Origin: Candidatus Coprosoma intestinipullorum
Lineage (GTDB): Bacteria > Bacillota_I > Bacilli_A > RF39 > UBA660
NCBI GenBank assembly: GCA_018713045.1
Contig: DVFV01000096.1
Coordinates: 1-61,189, forward strand
Direction of reading: 5' to 3'
DNA: 61,189 bases
Of this stretch, positions 28,321-37,011 are shown piece after piece. Below the pieces are notes generated by a model. It ran no database searches, was not told where the DNA came from, and was given only the letters and a program-made list of their open reading frames with translations. The stretch's first letter is position 1; the number at the start of each line of letters is the position of its first letter. Position numbers and translations under genes: made by a program.

Positions 28321-28594
28321 CGTCCAAAAGTCTCTCTAAAAATTCTATTAAATCATCTGAACTTTGAATGCTTTTATCATTATCATCCGAATCATCATTT
28401 AGTCCCATTTCAAAAGAAAATTTAACTAATTCTTTTGGATAATTTTCTTTTAAACCTTTAACGGTGAGTGCAAATAATATCAAAATATCTACATAATTAC
28501 CCATAAAGCATAATCCTTTATCAGTAGACACTATAACATTTTTACTTTCTTTAACTAAATCTTTAATTTCTTTCATTCTTTCTGTTTTATTCAT
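28304..28594 (-). CDS. Small strongly acidic protein
   Basis: 96 aa with C-terminal DDSDDNDKSIQSSDDLIEFLERLLDDDDDE. Confidence 0.4.
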   Translation of the reverse strand: MNKTERMKEIKDLVKESKNVIVSTDKGLCFMGNYVDILILFALTVKGLKENYPKELVKFSFEMGLNDDSDDNDKSIQSSDDLIEFLERLLDDDDDE

Positions 28595-28605
28595 TTTAAT
28601 TCCTC

Positions 28606-28806
28606 CTAAATTTGTTCAGAGATAGAGACTCTTTTAAAATTGTCATCCCTGTCCTGAATTATATCTTTGATTTCTTGTTCTTTATCGTTTACTAAACTAA
28701 TTAAATCTCTAATTATATCTTCTGAATTTGTCATCTCATCTTCGCTATCATAAGACGTCATAAGAATTTTTTCGGCTTCTTCTTTTAATTCTTTATCCAT
28801 TTGCAT
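28606..28806 (-). CDS. Small acidic protein
   Basis: 66 aa, rich in Asp and Glu. Confidence 0.4.
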   Translation of the reverse strand: MQMDKELKEEAEKILMTSYDSEDEMTNSEDIIRDLISLVNDKEQEIKDIIQDRDDNFKRVSISEQI

Positions 28807-28810
28807 ATTA

Positions 28811-29077
28811 TCAATCCTCTACATGAACAGCAGTATTCATTAAATTGTCTAACATTTCATCAGATATATTGTTATCTTTTTGCAAAGAATTTAGAACCGA
28901 TTTTAATGTGATTATAATTCCTAATACATTACCGTCAAAAGAAGCTCTTACTCTAACTCCTTTTTTTTCAATTTCAATTTTGCAATTAGTTGAATCTTGA
29001 TTACCATATTTTTTTTCGATAGATTTTCTAAAATCCTCATTTTCTAATAATTTATTTATAATTTTACTAAATTTCAT
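28811..29077 (-). CDS. Hypothetical early protein
   Basis: 88 aa, packed in the operon. Confidence 0.4.
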   Translation of the reverse strand: MKFSKIINKLLENEDFRKSIEKKYGNQDSTNCKIEIEKKGVRVRASFDGNVLGIIITLKSVLNSLQKDNNISDEMLDNLMNTAVHVED

Positions 29078-29079
29078 AA

Positions 29080-29910
29080 TTAATCCACCCTTTCAAATTT
29101 AATATCATTAATTTCCATAAATTTTCTTAAAGCTACAAGTTTTGTATAATTAGCTGTAATTTTTAGCGTATAGCTTTTTATAATATCTTTTTCATCTTCA
29201 TTTGTTTCAACTGGTTTGCTAATCATCTCTTGAATAGCTTCTTGTTTTGTTTCTTCTTTAGCTAATTCTGTTTTTGCTAAACGTTCTTTTTGTTCTTTTA
29301 ATTGTGTGTTTCGCATTATTGCTTTAGATAAATCAAAATCTTGTAAGAACGTATTTGTTACTTCGGTTTCAAACTCGCTGTTAAGTTCTTTTATTGCGTT
29401 TAAACCACTATTTACTTTATCGATAGTTGATTTAATTTCTTGTTCTACTTCAATCATCTTAGTAGTCTTATTTAACCAACGAGGATTGAACACTTTATCA
29501 AAAGTAATTAGCTCGGATAAATCACCAATAAGTTGATTAAATAATTCTTCACATTCAGTTTTTTTAGTTTCTTTTTCTTGTTCTTCATATTTTTTTACTT
29601 GAACATCAATACTGTTTGAAGCTTCTTTTAAAATATTTTCCGTTTCCTTTGCATTTCTAACAAATTCTTCTAATGGTTTATTAAATTTATCAACAATATC
29701 TTTACGATAATCAGCTACTTTTTTTACAGCTTTATTAATATTAGCTCTTTCATCTTTTGCTGCCTTTATTTGTTCGTCAGTAAACACTAAATTTTCATAA
29801 TACTTTTTTGTCTCCAATGCATATTCTTTAACTTCTGACATGTTATCAGTTATTTTTTGTACACCTTCAATTTTTACTTTTAATTCATTCTTTAATATTG
29901 GTTTCTCCAT
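29080..29910 (-). CDS. Coiled-coil recombination-module protein (DUF1351-like)
   Basis: 276 aa, Lys/Glu-rich coil. Lies immediately downstream of the annealing-protein gene, as DUF1351 genes typically do. Confidence 0.35.
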   Translation of the reverse strand: MEKPILKNELKVKIEGVQKITDNMSEVKEYALETKKYYENLVFTDEQIKAAKDERANINKAVKKVADYRKDIVDKFNKPLEEFVRNAKETENILKEASNSIDVQVKKYEEQEKETKKTECEELFNQLIGDLSELITFDKVFNPRWLNKTTKMIEVEQEIKSTIDKVNSGLNAIKELNSEFETEVTNTFLQDFDLSKAIMRNTQLKEQKERLAKTELAKEETKQEAIQEMISKPVETNEDEKDIIKSYTLKITANYTKLVALRKFMEINDIKFERVD

Positions 29911-30548
29911 TAAAATACCTCGCTTTCCTTTTTTGCTGTTTTCATTTGCTCTTCTTCTTTAAATTCTCTTAATATTTCTGCTTCTGCAAATGTAAAATTA
30001 CTTAATTTTCTATGATTAAATTTAACAAGTGCTTTTTTAATTTCCTCTTCTGTTAAGTTGTCTCTAATCCATTGTTTTTGACTTTCTTGTATAGGCATGT
30101 CGTCGACTGGGTTATGTTTACCTTCTACTCTTTTTATTTCTTCAGCTGAAGCTATAGCAGTATCAACACCAAATCCAGCAAAACCTAACGCTCTACCGAC
30201 AGCTGAAGTTTCACAGTTTTCAAGCATGGAAGTTTGATTAATGTAATCTTTCCTGCTATCTCCTGTAAGTTTTTCACTAGCTGTTGCAGTAGCTATTAAT
30301 TCTCCATCATTATTCGTTATTTCACATTTACAAATACATAACCCATCTTCGAATTTAACCATTTCAGTTTTTATAGAACCATTTGGATAAACTTTTCTGA
30401 AAGCTTTAACTCTTTCATGAACTTCTGCATATTTCTTTGCGATGGTTTTGCCTGTTGTTTTATCCTTTCTTCGAATTGTCATATAATGAATCTCGTCATT
30501 TGCTTTTTTTATCTTGTCATATGTTGTTGTATATCTATTTTCAATCAC
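29910..30548 (-). CDS. Putative single-strand annealing protein (Sak/Rad52-like)
   Basis: 212 aa with the motif ENCETSAVGRALGFAGFG. Sits next to the SSB/NinB recombination block. Confidence 0.4.
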   Translation of the reverse strand: MIENRYTTTYDKIKKANDEIHYMTIRRKDKTTGKTIAKKYAEVHERVKAFRKVYPNGSIKTEMVKFEDGLCICKCEITNNDGELIATATASEKLTGDSRKDYINQTSMLENCETSAVGRALGFAGFGVDTAIASAEEIKRVEGKHNPVDDMPIQESQKQWIRDNLTEEEIKKALVKFNHRKLSNFTFAEAEILREFKEEEQMKTAKKESEVF

Positions 30549-30550
30549 GA

Positions 30551-30844
30551 TTATTCTCCTTTCAATAAATTACTAAGCTCAATCAATTTGTTTGCTACAA
30601 GGTTTCTTCCATTTTTATCGTTCATAATTTTTTTAGTCGAAGCTAAAGCAGTTAAAAATTCTAAATATGCTGCAATCATTCCAAATTTTACTTCTTTATC
30701 ATTAGTTTTTTTCATAATATGAGCATTTGCTATATCTATAGTTTTTAAAATTTCTTCTATCGTTATCACGTCATTGCTATATTTCGATGCATGATTAACT
30801 GCTATCATTTTCGTTTTAATAACATCATTTATGTTCATTTCCAT
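30551..30844 (-). CDS. Hypothetical early protein
   Basis: 97 aa, packed in the operon. Confidence 0.4.
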   Translation of the reverse strand: MEMNINDVIKTKMIAVNHASKYSNDVITIEEILKTIDIANAHIMKKTNDKEVKFGMIAAYLEFLTALASTKKIMNDKNGRNLVANKLIELSNLLKGE

Positions 30845-30854
30845 TCCTCCTCAT

Positions 30855-31667
30855 TTAAATTTTGTTTAATTTTTTTTCAAGTTCTTTCATTTCTTCATCA
30901 GTTGCTTCATTTCTTTCAATTTTTTTACCAAACCAATCAGGAGTTATTTCTTTAGACTTTTGATTTAAATAACTTTCGAATTTATTTCCAAATAAAGTTT
31001 CAGGTCTTAAGTACTTTGCCATATTTGTGTTTTTCCAATCGCGAACTTTATTTTCAATTACAACTATGAAGTCGTCGAGAGTATATCCCTCGTTCAATCG
31101 TGCTTGAATTTTGGAACGTGTTGTTTTACTAGAATATCTAAACGTTGTGCCGGCAAGTTCATTAAGTTTACCAATAACCTTTTTAGTCGTCTCTGACAGT
31201 AAACTGCCGTCGCTGGCAACTTTTAAGGTTTCCTTTTCCCCTATAACCCTTTTTTCTTCTAAATTATTGTTATTATTTATATTATTTATATATATATTTT
31301 CATTTTCCATATGTTTTTCATATGAATTACATATGTTATTCATATCTTTTTCATATGTTTTAGATATGTTATTTTCAACCTCTGTTGATTTTGAGCGATT
31401 TTTAGCTCTACTTTCAGAATACTTTTGCTTTTTTTCAATCTCTAAGTCCATTCTTTTATTGAAATAAAGACCATTTTCATCTAGTTTAAATTTAGATAAT
31501 ACCGTTTCATCTTGTGTTACCGAAAAAACTTGTTGCTTTGATAAGTGTCCAAACTGATGTTGGTAACATAATAGTCTTATATAAGCTCCAACTTGTTCAT
31601 TATTCATAAAGGCTACACCTGTCAAAAAATCACTTGTATAAAAATTTACTGCTGGATTTTTTGCCAT
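30855..31667 (-). CDS. Phage replication protein (DUF1376 N-terminus plus conserved phage C-terminal domain)
   Basis: N-terminus NFYTSDFLTGVAFMNNEQVGAYIRLLCYQ. C-terminus GKLNELAGTTFRYSSKTTRSKIQARLNEGYTLDDFIVVIENK. Confidence 0.55.
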   Translation of the reverse strand: MAKNPAVNFYTSDFLTGVAFMNNEQVGAYIRLLCYQHQFGHLSKQQVFSVTQDETVLSKFKLDENGLYFNKRMDLEIEKKQKYSESRAKNRSKSTEVENNISKTYEKDMNNICNSYEKHMENENIYINNINNNNNLEEKRVIGEKETLKVASDGSLLSETTKKVIGKLNELAGTTFRYSSKTTRSKIQARLNEGYTLDDFIVVIENKVRDWKNTNMAKYLRPETLFGNKFESYLNQKSKEITPDWFGKKIERNEATDEEMKELEKKLNKI

Positions 31668-31715
31668 ATTTCACCCCTTTCCCAAATTGTCTTTTTGTGA
31701 TATAATATCAATGAT

Positions 31716-31883
31716 TTATTTATTTGATAAATCATTAAGGATTTGACTGTTAGCGTTTATATAATTTGCTTGGCTAGCAGTCATTTTTTCATTTAAAGCA
31801 CTAAAGTATGCTACTCCTAAAACCATAACAATAAATAAAATAATCATCGCATAATCTCTTAAAATATTAATAATTTTTTTCAT
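31716..31883 (-). CDS. Small membrane protein (55 aa, below the ORF-track cutoff)
   Basis: Hand translation: MKKIINILRDYAMIILFIVMVLGVAYFSALNEKMTASQANYINANSQILNDLSNK. Confidence 0.35.
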   Translation of the reverse strand: MKKIINILRDYAMIILFIVMVLGVAYFSALNEKMTASQANYINANSQILNDLSNK

Positions 31884-31898
31884 ACTCACATTCCCTCT

Positions 31899-32153
31899 CT
31901 ATTCTGATATTTTTTTTAAATAATTCACATTAATCTTTAAGTATTTAACTACTCGATCGCATGGAACTACATTTCCGGATGGTAATTTATAACCCTCATC
32001 AAGTAATTCTTTTTTAATTTCTTTTTTTATTTCAATTGCTTTGTTTAATCCAACACATGCAAGTTTTCCTATTTCTTTTGTACCTATCCATGGTTGACTA
32101 ATAATTTTAAGTATCTCACTTGCAGTTGGCTTTTCTTTAATTGTCATCATCAC
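31899..32153 (-). CDS. Small putative DNA-binding protein
   Basis: 84 aa, the third ORF of the early operon after the cro-like gene and the 32-aa peptide ORF. Confidence 0.35.
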   Translation of the reverse strand: MMMTIKEKPTASEILKIISQPWIGTKEIGKLACVGLNKAIEIKKEIKKELLDEGYKLPSGNVVPCDRVVKYLKINVNYLKKISE

Positions 32154-32180
32154 ATTCTCCTTTTACAATTTAGCGGTTGT

Positions 32181-32279
32181 TTATTTTTTATTATTTTTCG
32201 AAGTAAGCCATGCAGCTATCACAAATATAATTACAATACTTGAACATATAATTAATAGTGCCTGTATCCATGCATTCAT
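32181..32279 (-). CDS. 32-aa single-TM peptide
   Basis: Hand translation: MNAWIQALLIICSSIVIIFVIAAWLTSKNNKK. ATGA overlap with the cro-like stop. Confidence 0.3.
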   Translation of the reverse strand: MNAWIQALLIICSSIVIIFVIAAWLTSKNNKK

Positions 32280-32548
32280 TTAGTCACCTCCTTAAATGTT
32301 TGATTATTTTGTTGCATTTTTGCAATACAACGTTCAAAAAAAATAGAAATATCAAAATCACACCCATTAATCATTTTTGCAATAATGTCTAAATTCATTG
32401 CATCATTGCCTTTTTCGTATCTTGAAATAGTAGATGGAGCTATTTTTGTTTTATTAGCTAACTCAGCGTTTGATAAATCTTTTTCTTTTCTTAAAAGCAT
32501 TAACTCTTTACCCACTACTTTTTTTAAATCATTGTTCACACCTATCAC
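32276..32548 (-). CDS. Cro-like XRE-family HTH regulator (start probably the GTG at 32539)
   Basis: HTH LSNAELANKTKIAPSTISRYEKGN. RBS AAGGAGG. Divergent from the cI-like gene. Confidence 0.65.
   Translation of the reverse strand: MIGVNNDLKKVVGKELMLLRKEKDLSNAELANKTKIAPSTISRYEKGNDAMNLDIIAKMINGCDFDISIFFERCIAKMQQNNQTFKEVTK
32312..32325. promoter_or_regulatory. Operator copy 3 (TTGCATTTTTGCAA) inside the cro-like gene
   Basis: Identical to the copy at 32603..32616. Confidence 0.5.
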
Positions 32549-32573
32549 CTCCTTACTTTAGTTCCATTATATA

Positions 32574-32616
32574 TTGCAATTTTGCAAAAGTCAATAAAAA
32601 TGTTGCATTTTTGCAA
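32574..32616. promoter_or_regulatory. Genetic switch: two 14-bp operators overlapping divergent promoters
   Basis: TTGCAATTTTGCAA at 32574..32587 lies in the 17-nt spacer of the leftward promoter (TTGACT ... TATAAT). TTGCATTTTTGCAA at 32603..32616 covers the -35 of the rightward promoter (TTGCAT, 17 nt, TACAAT). Confidence 0.55.
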
Positions 32617-32635
32617 AAAAAATTATACAATGTAA

Positions 32636-32899
32636 ATGGTGATGGAAATGCTTTATATATATAACAACCTAAAATATATTAGAAAACAGCTTAAGCTATC
32701 GCAAAATGCCTTTGCGGAAAAATTAAATATAAATGTTTCTAATATATCAAGATGGGAAAATTCAAAAAATGGAATGAGTTTAGATACTGCATATAACATT
32801 TCTGAAAAACTTGGAGTTTCCTTACCAGATCTTGTAGGAAAAGATTTAAGCACTGAAGAATTAAATTTTAATAAAATTATAAACTCAATTAACAAATAG
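32636..32899 (+). CDS. cI-like XRE-family HTH repressor (short, no peptidase domain)
   Basis: HTH LSQNAFAEKLNINVSNISRWENSKN. The ATG lies about 5 nt after the -10, so the mRNA may be leaderless. Confidence 0.6.
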   Translation: MVMEMLYIYNNLKYIRKQLKLSQNAFAEKLNINVSNISRWENSKNGMSLDTAYNISEKLGVSLPDLVGKDLSTEELNFNKIINSINK

Positions 32900-32996
32900 C
32901 ATAAATTCACCTTAAAAAAATTAACTAAGGTTAAAACTTGCTAGTACAGGAGTTTTAATATAAAGTATTTTTGTTATATAAAGGAGTGTGTTAGAA

Positions 32997-33710
32997 ATGA
33001 AAAAAACAAAAATATGCAAAAATTGTGGAAAGGAAATAGACAAAAGCGTTAAAATATGTCCAGAATGTAATGCTAAACAAGGACTAAAAATTTGGCAGAT
33101 TATTCTAATCATACTTGGTATACTTTTAGTTATTGGTATTATTTCCGGCGAAGAAAATAGCAGTGAAACTTCATCTAATAAAAGCAATAACTCTTCAAAA
33201 AATAAAGTAACAGTAACTGACTTTAGTACAATGACTAAAGCAGATATCGATACTTGGTGTACAGATAACAAAGTAAAATGTACCATTAAAGATGAGTATT
33301 CAGACACCGTTGCAAAAGACCAGTTTATTAGTCAAAGTGTAGAAGCTAATAAAAACGTTTACGAAAATGACAATATTACAATTACCTTCTCACTTGGTAA
33401 AGAGCCTACTACAGAACAAAAAAATGCCTTAGCTAAAGCTGAAAGTTATTCAAAAAATTTACATATGTCTAAACAAGCTATATATGACCAATTAACTTCT
33501 GAATATGGGGAACAATTCTCTGCAGAAGACGCACAATATGCAATTGATAATTTAAATGCAGATTATAAAGCTAATGCTTTAGAAAAAGCTAAAAGTTATC
33601 AAGAGAATATGCATATGTCAAAAAGTGCTATTTATGATCAACTTATTTCTGAATATGGGGAACAATTTACACCTGAAGAAGCTCAATACGCAATTGATAA
33701 TTTAGAATAA
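32997..33710 (+). CDS. Ltp-repeat superinfection-exclusion-type membrane protein (zinc ribbon - TM - PASTA-like - 2x Ltp)
   Basis: CKNCGKEIDKSVKICPECNAK zinc ribbon, then TM IWQIILIILGILLVIGII. Two repeats of KAxSYxxNxHMSKxAIYDQLxSEYGEQFxxEDAQYAIDNL follow. Confidence 0.6.
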   Translation: MKKTKICKNCGKEIDKSVKICPECNAKQGLKIWQIILIILGILLVIGIISGEENSSETSSNKSNNSSKNKVTVTDFSTMTKADIDTWCTDNKVKCTIKDEYSDTVAKDQFISQSVEANKNVYENDNITITFSLGKEPTTEQKNALAKAESYSKNLHMSKQAIYDQLTSEYGEQFSAEDAQYAIDNLNADYKANALEKAKSYQENMHMSKSAIYDQLISEYGEQFTPEEAQYAIDNLE

Positions 33711-33859
33711 AAAAAGAACTAGTGCGGGAACACTAGCTCACAATGAAAGACCTTAATACAACCGCTAAATTGTAAAAAGATAGATAAACTATCTATAGCC
33801 TTTCGTGTACAATTATATCACGAATTGGCTTGTTAAATCAATACAAAGGAAGTGATATA

Positions 33860-35017
33860 ATGGCAGTTATACAACAAAAAGATAAAAATAAATGGACAAA
33901 AGATGGTCGTTCATGGTATTTTGATGTTTATTATATTGATATGTATGGAAATAGAAAAGAAAAGAAATCAAAATACTATAAATTGAGAAAAGAAGCCAAA
34001 AATGCAGAAATGGAATTTTTAAGTAATAATGAATGTAATAAAACTAACAATAAAAATATAACACTACATAGTGTAATCGATGAATGGCTTTTATGGAAAA
34101 GCAATACTGTAAAATCAACTACAGCATATTGGATAGAATTGATTGTTAATAAACATATTACATCTTATTTCAGTTCGCAATTAAAATTACAAGAAATAAC
34201 ATCAAACATTTTAACAAAATGGAAAGATAACTTAAAAAAAGAACAACTATGTATCAAATCTCAAAACAGAACAATTGGTTATTTCAAGGAAATATTACAT
34301 TTTGCTTCTGACAATTATAATTTTGATTATAGAATAACCAATCAGTTACAAAAATATAGAGTAGAAAAAAATCACAAACAAATTAATGATGCGTTAATAA
34401 ATTATTGGACGTATGAACAATTTGAACAATTTATAAAATACGTAAAAGAACGTGACAACTTTTATTATGTTTTGTTTAGATTTTTATATTTTACTGGTGT
34501 TAGATTCGGTGAAATGGCAGCTCTAACATGGAATGATATTGATTTTACAAAAAAGACTGTAAAAATCAATAAAACTCTAACAACTAAAATTAAAGGAAAA
34601 GATTTTGATGTTTTAGATCCAAAAACTGAAAACTCTAATAGGTATATTGATTTAGACGATAACTTAATCGAATTATTAAAGGAACATAAAAGTCATGAAA
34701 GTAAAATTTACAATTTTAACAATGATATGTTTGTTTTCGGCAACATAAAGCACATAGCATATATGACTGTTCAAAGAAGATTAAAGCAATATACTAAGGA
34801 TTCTAAAGTTGGAAAATTTATAACTATACATGGTTTTAGACATTCTCACGCAAGTTTTTTAATTAATTTAGGATTAGACATTAGAAACGTCGCTGAACGT
34901 CTAGGTGATACAAAAGACGTTATAGAAAGAACGTATTATCATATGTTCCCAGAAAAGAAATCAGAAACAATAAATGCAATAAATAAATATAATTTATCTC
35001 GTAATTTATCTCGTTAA
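33860..35017 (+). CDS. int: Tyrosine integrase
   Basis: Motifs TGVRFGEMAALTWNDID, HGFRHSHASFLI and LGD..VIERTYYH. RBS AAGGAAGTG. Confidence 0.85.
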   Translation: MAVIQQKDKNKWTKDGRSWYFDVYYIDMYGNRKEKKSKYYKLRKEAKNAEMEFLSNNECNKTNNKNITLHSVIDEWLLWKSNTVKSTTAYWIELIVNKHITSYFSSQLKLQEITSNILTKWKDNLKKEQLCIKSQNRTIGYFKEILHFASDNYNFDYRITNQLQKYRVEKNHKQINDALINYWTYEQFEQFIKYVKERDNFYYVLFRFLYFTGVRFGEMAALTWNDIDFTKKTVKINKTLTTKIKGKDFDVLDPKTENSNRYIDLDDNLIELLKEHKSHESKIYNFNNDMFVFGNIKHIAYMTVQRRLKQYTKDSKVGKFITIHGFRHSHASFLINLGLDIRNVAERLGDTKDVIERTYYHMFPEKKSETINAINKYNLSRNLSR

Positions 35018-35113
35018 AACTTAAAAAAGATAAATATTGAAGATAAAATATAATGTAACATAATTAAGAAAACAAAGGTTTTAAGGAATTATAAATAATT
35101 TAAAAAGTATATT

Positions 35114-35136
35114 TTCAATTCCTGTTTCCAGCACCA
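35114..35136 (+). other. tRNA 3' fragment (T-loop, T-stem 3' strand, acceptor 3' strand, ACCA); putative attR core
   Basis: TTCAATT-CCTGT-TTCCAGC-A-CCA. No matching 5' half (GCTGGAA) lies upstream. Followed by a terminator. Confidence 0.5.
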
Positions 35137-35169
35137 CTTTAGAAATTCGTTCAATCTAGAACTTTTTAT

Positions 35170-35197
35170 AGAACTTTTTTACAAAGTTCTTTTTTGT
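35170..35197 (+). terminator. Rho-independent terminator (probably of the target tRNA gene)
   Basis: AGAACTTT-TTTAC-AAAGTTCT followed by TTTTTG. Confidence 0.55.
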
Positions 35198-35250
35198 TTA
35201 ATTAAAGAATTTATGTTAAAATGATAAAGGATATTTATGGAGGAAGTAAC

Positions 35251-35496
35251 ATGTTAAAAATATGTCGTCTAAATAATGAAAAACCAAACCTTTATCTTAT
35301 TTCTAAAGAAGAAAATTATTTTGTTGAAAATGAAAAAGATTTAAAACAAAAATTATTATCCGATAATAACTATGTTCAAAATCTTTCTAACGGAGAAAAA
35401 TTTCAAATAATTAGAGAAGTTTTAAGCGATGACCCAGAATCATTAAGTAAATTTATGAATACCTCATTCGTAAAAAAAATTAAAACCCAAAAATAG
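35251..35496 (+). CDS. Hypothetical protein
   Basis: RBS GGAGGAAG then ATG (MLKICRLNNEK...). A hairpin follows at about 35495..35520. Confidence 0.45.
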   Translation: MLKICRLNNEKPNLYLISKEENYFVENEKDLKQKLLSDNNYVQNLSNGEKFQIIREVLSDDPESLSKFMNTSFVKKIKTQK

Positions 35497-35515
35497 AAAT
35501 TCATTTTAGGAATTT

Positions 35516-36643
35516 CTATTTTAATTTTACCTTATAAATTCTCTGACGTTTTTCCTTCTTAATCTTCTTAACTATAAAGAAAATCAAACATGCCACTCCG
35601 CCCATCATACAAACACCGATACCTGCCGCAAGAATTTCTTCAAAAACACTAAACCTGTGAATATTCAAAACATATTCTTGCGTCTTACCATTTTCAGCTG
35701 TAACCGTAAAAGTAATCTTTCGGTCGCCAACTTTCATTTTCTTATCGTAATCTAAATCTATTTCGGCATATTTATCTGAAAGCTCATAATCGATATCTAT
35801 CTTATCAACCTCGTTATCGATATAAATTATCTCACTCTTATAATCCTTAAATTTTGCTTCTTCGCCATTAACCTTAACTGTAACTCCAACATCGCCAATT
35901 AACTTTTTAACTCTCGTTACCGTTATCGTATACTCTTGAACCGTAACCCCATCTTCAGCCGTAACCCTAATAATTACCTTATTCTTACCTAAAACTAAAT
36001 TATCGGTATTCTCATAAACCACACTTGCATTTTCGTTAGTTGTCGAAGCTTCAATTTCTACTTTCTTCTTATCAGTTCGGTATTCTATATCATCGCTTAA
36101 AGTAACTTCTTTACCGTCAATAGTCAAACCCTTTAAACTGGCATCATTACTTACCAAAACTAAGTGCAGAGTATAAACTCTAACCACGTAAAAATTCTCA
36201 GCTGTAACCGTTATCGTAATTACATTATCACCATAACTTAAACTATCCGGCTTATCTATTCTAATAGAAGCCCTATCACTACTAGGTCTTGCGACAATTG
36301 ATGGATTTTGATTGCTTGTCGTATAAGTCATTTCTGTATTTATATCGACATCGACCCCATCTATTTGTAAACTTCCTAAATTAGCATTTGTACTTCTGCC
36401 ACTGTTCTGCTGATAAATAACATTATTAGTTGAATCCGTTGCCGAATTACTTTGATTATTATCTGTAGATGTATTCGAAGTATTTCCACTATTCGTTCCT
36501 TCAGTAGGCGTTTCTGTCGAACCTTCACTTGGCACAGTTGTTCCCGGATTAGCTGGATCTGTTGTCGCTGGATCAGCCAAAACAGATATTGGCACTAAAA
36601 AAACCATAAGTAATGTCATAAATTTAAAGCCTATCTTCTTCAT
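35516..36643 (-). CDS. Surface protein with three cadherin-like beta-sandwich repeats, a signal peptide and a C-terminal TM anchor
   Basis: Signal peptide MKKIGFKFMTLLMVFLVPISVLA. Repeats of the form NANLGSLQIDGVDV...GDNVITITVTAE...YTLHL. C-terminal TM plus KKIKKEKRQR. Promoter TTGCTT, 17 nt, TTATAAT upstream. Confidence 0.6.
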   Translation of the reverse strand: MKKIGFKFMTLLMVFLVPISVLADPATTDPANPGTTVPSEGSTETPTEGTNSGNTSNTSTDNNQSNSATDSTNNVIYQQNSGRSTNANLGSLQIDGVDVDINTEMTYTTSNQNPSIVARPSSDRASIRIDKPDSLSYGDNVITITVTAENFYVVRVYTLHLVLVSNDASLKGLTIDGKEVTLSDDIEYRTDKKKVEIEASTTNENASVVYENTDNLVLGKNKVIIRVTAEDGVTVQEYTITVTRVKKLIGDVGVTVKVNGEEAKFKDYKSEIIYIDNEVDKIDIDYELSDKYAEIDLDYDKKMKVGDRKITFTVTAENGKTQEYVLNIHRFSVFEEILAAGIGVCMMGGVACLIFFIVKKIKKEKRQRIYKVKLK

Positions 36644-37011
36644 GACTGATCACTCTCCTTATGTAATTATAACATTTCTAACCGAGATTAAGCAATCTTT
36701 TTATTAGTATATGTTAAACATTGACCACTCTTCAAATAAACTTATAAATAAAACGAACTATAAAGTTCGTATATTTTCAAAATTGGTGCCTTAAGGGGTT
36801 AAATGCTGAACCCAAGATTAAGTCAGTACCATCATCTCAGTACAGTAACAATATTCTAACATTATTATAACAAATTTTGCTATAAAATATTTTTAATAAA
36901 TATATAGCTGTTCGCTTGCCTTTTTAATATATTCAATAGTATACTTTTTATAGGGAATATCAGTTATTGAGTGTCTACCTCTAATCTTTATAGAGAGGAG
37001 GTTTGATAAAG

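Larger units (their letters stand above)
1..35136. mobile_element. Siphovirus-type temperate prophage; left end lies beyond the window start, right end at a tRNA-fragment attR
   Basis: Contiguous late, early and lysogeny modules ending with a tyrosine integrase (33860..35017). A 23-nt tRNA 3' fragment and a terminator follow at 35114..35197. Confidence 0.75.

Noticed and set aside
32653-33307. Minus-strand ORFs 32653..32910 and 32921..33307 opposite the cI-like and Ltp-like genes
   Set aside because: The plus-strand genes carry clear HTH, zinc-ribbon and Ltp motifs. The minus-strand translations are hydrophobic low-complexity artefacts.
36790-36860. Possible riboswitch or sRNA in GGTGCCTTAAGGGGTTAAATGCTGAACCCAAGATTAAGTCAGTACC
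   Set aside because: Only a short GGGTT/AACCC hairpin could be drawn. It bears no resemblance to a riboswitch class I can recognise by eye, and no downstream gene in the right orientation is present. Left unassigned.
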